From positions 224,001 to 288,000 of the forward strand of contig JBFWWG010000003.1 of the NCBI GenBank assembly GCA_050246315.1: a DNA stretch of 64,000 nucleotides, read 5' to 3'. The translations under genes and the position numbers were made by a program. Below are positions 60,523 through 64,000 of the stretch, one piece after another (position 1 is the first letter of the stretch; each line of letters begins with the position of its first letter). This stretch comes from Nitrospiraceae bacterium (lineage in GTDB: Bacteria > Nitrospirota > Nitrospiria > Nitrospirales > Nitrospiraceae). The notes below the pieces were generated by a model. The model saw only the letters and a list, made by a program, of their open reading frames with translations. It was not told where the DNA came from and did not search any database.

Positions 60523-61839
60523 TCATCCGGACAGTCCGTCTCCTGGTCTGATCCACCACCACAGCAGTCCTCCGAGGCAGGCGGCGCCGGCGGCGACGCC
60601 GAGCGCCACAGCCCAGCCGAACTGGTCCGCCAGCCAAGGGGTCAGGGTCGGGGAGAGGCTTCCACCCAGGTTCGCCCCCGTATTCATCAGGCCGGAGAGG
60701 GTTCCGGCGTAGGGCGGAGCCAGATGGACAGTGGAGGACCAGTAGGCTCCCACGGTGAAGTACAAGCAACCGGCCCCAAAGGAGAGCCAAAGCACGGCCG
60801 GAAGCGGATGGTCCACCCACGCGCCCAGCGCGATCGACGCACCGGATAGTCCCATTCCGCCCATGCCGGTCAAACACCGGGCCTTTGTGACGCCCAGAGG
60901 GAGGGTGAGCCGATCCGTGAGCCACCCACCGATCGGACAACCGACCAGCATCGCCAAGAACGGAGCCGTCGCAAACGCCGCGCCGCGTAACTCCCCGAAT
61001 CCACGAACGTTCACCAAATACAAATAAAACCAGCTCATGTAGACATAGGCCACATAGCCGAGACACGCATAACTGCCGACGAGCCACCAGACCGTCGGAG
61101 TCCGCAGGATCCGCCGCCAGGGTGTCGTGCCAGGTGACACGGTCGCCGGTCGGCCTTCGAGAATGACCCGGAGTTCCGCACTGTTGATCCCCGGATGATC
61201 ACGCGGATGGTCTCGCGCATACCAGTACCAGAACAGCGCGACCATGAGGCCGAGCCCGGCGGAGAGATAGAAGACGGTCTGCCACCGCCAATTCACCATA
61301 ATCCAAGCGCTGAGAGGCGGCGTGAGGGCGGCTCCGACGCCGATACCGCCGATCGCAACGCCGATCCCCAGCGCCTGCTCTTTCTGAGGCAACCAGTCGG
61401 CCACGGCACGGGTGAAATTCGGCAAGGCGGCCGATTCTCCGATGCCGAGGAGGAACCGTGCCGCCACCAACGAGAGCAGAACGCCGACACCCGAGGCGAT
61501 GCCGATCACGGGAGCGGTCGCCGTCAGAGCGGTCCAGACCGACCACCAGATGACCGCACCGGCCAGCACACGCCTCGCGCCCCAACGGTCTCCCAACCAT
61601 CCGCCGGGAACCTGACAGAGCGCATAGCCCACAACAAAGGCCGAGAACACGTACCCCATTTGCTGATCCGTCAACCCGAACGCAGGCATCATTTGCCTGG
61701 CGGTCACGGAGATGTTCACTCGATCCACGTAGGTGACCACGCTGATCGCGAAGAGCAAGGCGAGAAGGCGCCAGCGCACGTTCGTGGGGGACTCGGTAGG
61801 CGTTGACGGAGAAACCTCGGGGTTGACGGGACTCTTCAT
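60523..61839 (-). CDS. MFS transporter (anion:cation symporter-like)
   Basis: VTYVDRVNIS, QVPGGWLGDRWGAR, RFLLGIGES, SGLMNTGANLGG. Confidence 0.9.
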   Translation of the reverse strand: MKSPVNPEVSPSTPTESPTNVRWRLLALLFAISVVTYVDRVNISVTARQMMPAFGLTDQQMGYVFSAFVVGYALCQVPGGWLGDRWGARRVLAGAVIWWSVWTALTATAPVIGIASGVGVLLSLVAARFLLGIGESAALPNFTRAVADWLPQKEQALGIGVAIGGIGVGAALTPPLSAWIMVNWRWQTVFYLSAGLGLMVALFWYWYARDHPRDHPGINSAELRVILEGRPATVSPGTTPWRRILRTPTVWWLVGSYACLGYVAYVYMSWFYLYLVNVRGFGELRGAAFATAPFLAMLVGCPIGGWLTDRLTLPLGVTKARCLTGMGGMGLSGASIALGAWVDHPLPAVLWLSFGAGCLYFTVGAYWSSTVHLAPPYAGTLSGLMNTGANLGGSLSPTLTPWLADQFGWAVALGVAAGAACLGGLLWWWIRPGDGLSG

Positions 61840-62019
61840 CGGGAATCAGGTTGAGGAGGCATTATAGTGGTCACGGCGGCGATGCTCCAGCGGAAGCTTT
61901 GAGATTCGACCAGGTCCCGCGAATGCGCGCCGCGATGGCAGCGAGAGAATTGGATTTCCCATCACCCTTTCAGTACTATGAGAAAAAGGGAGCCATACGT
62001 CCCACCTGAGCATTTGTCG

Positions 62020-64000
62020 ATGCGCCGTATTCTTCGATTCGTCGTTTTGTCGCTGGTGGCGGGTATGCTGCTCGCCATCGCGAGCCTCTTCCTGGTCCGT
62101 TCCACAACCGGACGCGACTACGTCAAAGAGTTCTTCGTCCACCAAATCGAACAGAATATCGGTCGCAGGTTGGAGGTGGGGATGGTCCGCATCGTGCTGT
62201 TCCCGGGCATCCATCTCGACCTGCGCGATGTGACCATCTATGAACCGGACGGCCGTCAGGTGTTCGTCACGGCCCAGCGAATTGACACGGTGCTTCGCCT
62301 GCTCCCGTTGCTCCGGCGCCAGGTCATCGGCAAACGTCTCGTCATTGAAAAGCCGGAGATCACGTTACGTCGCACGGCACCGAGTTCATGGAACATCGCG
62401 ACGATCGCTTCGGCTGCCGGCACCACCTCGACCGGTCACAAGCCCGGGGATTGGCTGATGTTCGTCAACGAAACCACGGTTCAACAGGGCACGCTGCGGC
62501 TGATCGATGAAGCCCGTCCGGATGGAACACGAACGATGCAGTTACAGGATGTCACCGCGTCGTTCATGGTCCGTCCGGAGTTACAACGGGCCGAAGTTGG
62601 ACTGACAGCCCGGCTACAGAGCGACCCTGGGGTCGCATCCCTGTCATTGACCGGCACTGTCGGCCAAACCTCGCCTTCCGTCGGATTCGGGTTGGACAAC
62701 CCACGTCAAACCGGCCCACTGTATCAATTCGATGGGCTCATGCAAGCCGACCACCTTCAGATTCGACAGATAGCCGACCTCTTGGGACCCAGGCCGATTC
62801 CGCAGGAACTGGCCGGTGCACTCAACGTCCAAGGTCGCCTCCGAGTTGTCCCTGGCGTGAGCGGTTATGACATGCTGTTTCATGAGGTCACGGCACGCTT
62901 GGACAAGCTCGCCCTGACCGGACGAGCCAGCCTCGCCGGAGTCCTGTCCCCCCAGCCGACGGTATCCATCACATTCAGCGCCTCTCCCGTCAAGCTTCAG
63001 GATCTCGTAACCTATGTGCCGCTGCGCTGGATCCATCCGGAGATCCAGGCCGTCCTGGCGGAACGCGAAGTCGACGGCACCGTGGAGGTCGCGAATGCCA
63101 CGGTGACCGGCTCACCCGATCCCAACCCGCAATTCGGCATCACGGGAGAGTTTCGCATCCGCGAAGGGAGAGCGCTCCTCGGAACAGACCGCGTGCTCAC
63201 GCAACATCTGACAGGCACCGTGTTCGTCGACGCCGGACGCATCCGCATTCCGGCCTTTTCCGGAGACTACGGAGCCCTGCACATCAGCCAGGGCAAGGCA
63301 TTGGTCTCATTTCTTGACGCGGGTCCTTGGCTGGAGTTGGATCTCACCGGGGACATGACAGCGGCGGATCTCGTCGGGTATCTGGCCACCTCGCTTCGCG
63401 CTCCCGGCGTTTCTCGGTTCCTGACCTCGATTCGAAATATCCAAGGCTCGGCGGTCCCGACGTTTCGTTTGGTCGGCGCCCTCAACCAGCCAGGCGGGAT
63501 CACCTTCGTCGGAGGGGAGGTGAGAGCTGACGACCTCAGCTTTGACACGCCGACAGTGCCGCAGCGCGTGCAACATGTGACCGGCCTCGTCCGATATTCG
63601 CAAAGCGGGACGGAATTCGATGCAGTCGCCGGACAAGTGGGCTCAACCACCTTCCGTGTCCATGGGACCGTGACAGCCGGAGCGACCGGCGCCTTTCAGG
63701 ATCTCTCGATCCAGACCAAAGGCGAGATAGCAGAGTTGGCACCGCTCATGCCTGGTCAGGTCGCGCAGATGACGACCAGACTCATGCAGGGCCCGGTGTC
63801 GCTGTCGATCATCCTGTCCGGTCCGGCCGAGAAGCCGCGCCTGCGCGCACAGGCTCACCTGGCAGATGCGCTGCTCCGCCTGCCCTGGATCGGTGAAAAG
63901 CCGTCCGGTATTCCTGCATCGGTGGAACTCGAAGGGGAACTCGCCCCCCGCGGTTTCACGATCACACAGCTCGACGCGGTGCTCCCTCCGACGCGGATCG
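62020..64000 (+). CDS. AsmA/YhdP-like protein, 5' part; runs off the window end
   Basis: Hand translation MRRILRFVVLSLVAGMLLAIASLFLV...QIEQNIGRRLEVGMVRIVLFPGIHLDLRDVTI...LRLLPLLRRQV. N-terminal TM then beta-rich sequence. Absent from the ORF track because it has no stop in the window; only the 5' part was translated carefully. Confidence 0.75.
   Translation, partial: MRRILRFVVLSLVAGMLLAIASLFLVRSTTGRDYVKEFFVHQIEQNIGRRLEVGMVRIVLFPGIHLDLRDVTIYEPDGRQVFVTAQRIDTVLRLLPLLRRQVIGKRLVIEKPEITLRRTAPSSWNIATIASAAGTTSTGHKPGDWLMFVNETTVQQGTLRLIDEARPDGTRTMQLQDVTASFMVRPELQRAEVGLTARLQSDPGVASLSLTGTVGQTSPSVGFGLDNPRQTGPLYQFDGLMQADHLQIRQIADLLGPRPIPQELAGALNVQGRLRVVPGVSGYDMLFHEVTARLDKLALTGRASLAGVLSPQPTVSITFSASPVKLQDLVTYVPLRWIHPEIQAVLAEREVDGTVEVANATVTGSPDPNPQFGITGEFRIREGRALLGTDRVLTQHLTGTVFVDAGRIRIPAFSGDYGALHISQGKALVSFLDAGPWLELDLTGDMTAADLVGYLATSLRAPGVSRFLTSIRNIQGSAVPTFRLVGALNQPGGITFVGGEVRADDLSFDTPTVPQRVQHVTGLVRYSQSGTEFDAVAGQVGSTTFRVHGTVTAGATGAFQDLSIQTKGEIAELAPLMPGQVAQMTTRLMQGPVSLSIILSGPAEKPRLRAQAHLADALLRLPWIGEKPSGIPASVELEGELAPRGFTITQLDAVLPPTRI

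Overview
Bacterial chromosomal window (GC-rich; gene content and order suggest a Nitrospira-like organism, which is inference only). Housekeeping blocks are an Rrf2-regulated sulfate ABC operon, glyQS, ppdK, ribD/ribE, acs, proC, aroQ-efp-accBC-thiE, bioD, putA, mrp, lipA and a cyclophilin. They surround an accessory island of about 8 kb between ribE and acs (about 18.8-27.1 kb). The island holds a complete diversity-generating retroelement (DGR) on the minus strand in the order target(VR)-hairpin-avd-RT-TR. TR (20824-20944) and VR (22498-22618) differ at 17 of 121 positions, all of them TR adenines. The diversified target is a STAND-type NTPase-TM-FGE/C-type-lectin protein translationally coupled to an upstream SIR2-family gene, which makes it a candidate hypermutating sensor with a NADase-type effector. 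The island also carries several toxin-antitoxin modules, a gene split by a MITE (a second copy lies nearby), and a diverged duplication of the acs 3' end flanking a TA cassette. An uncharacterised GlmL-like ATPase plus membrane-protein operon follows lipA. All alignments and counts were done by eye; no database searches were run.
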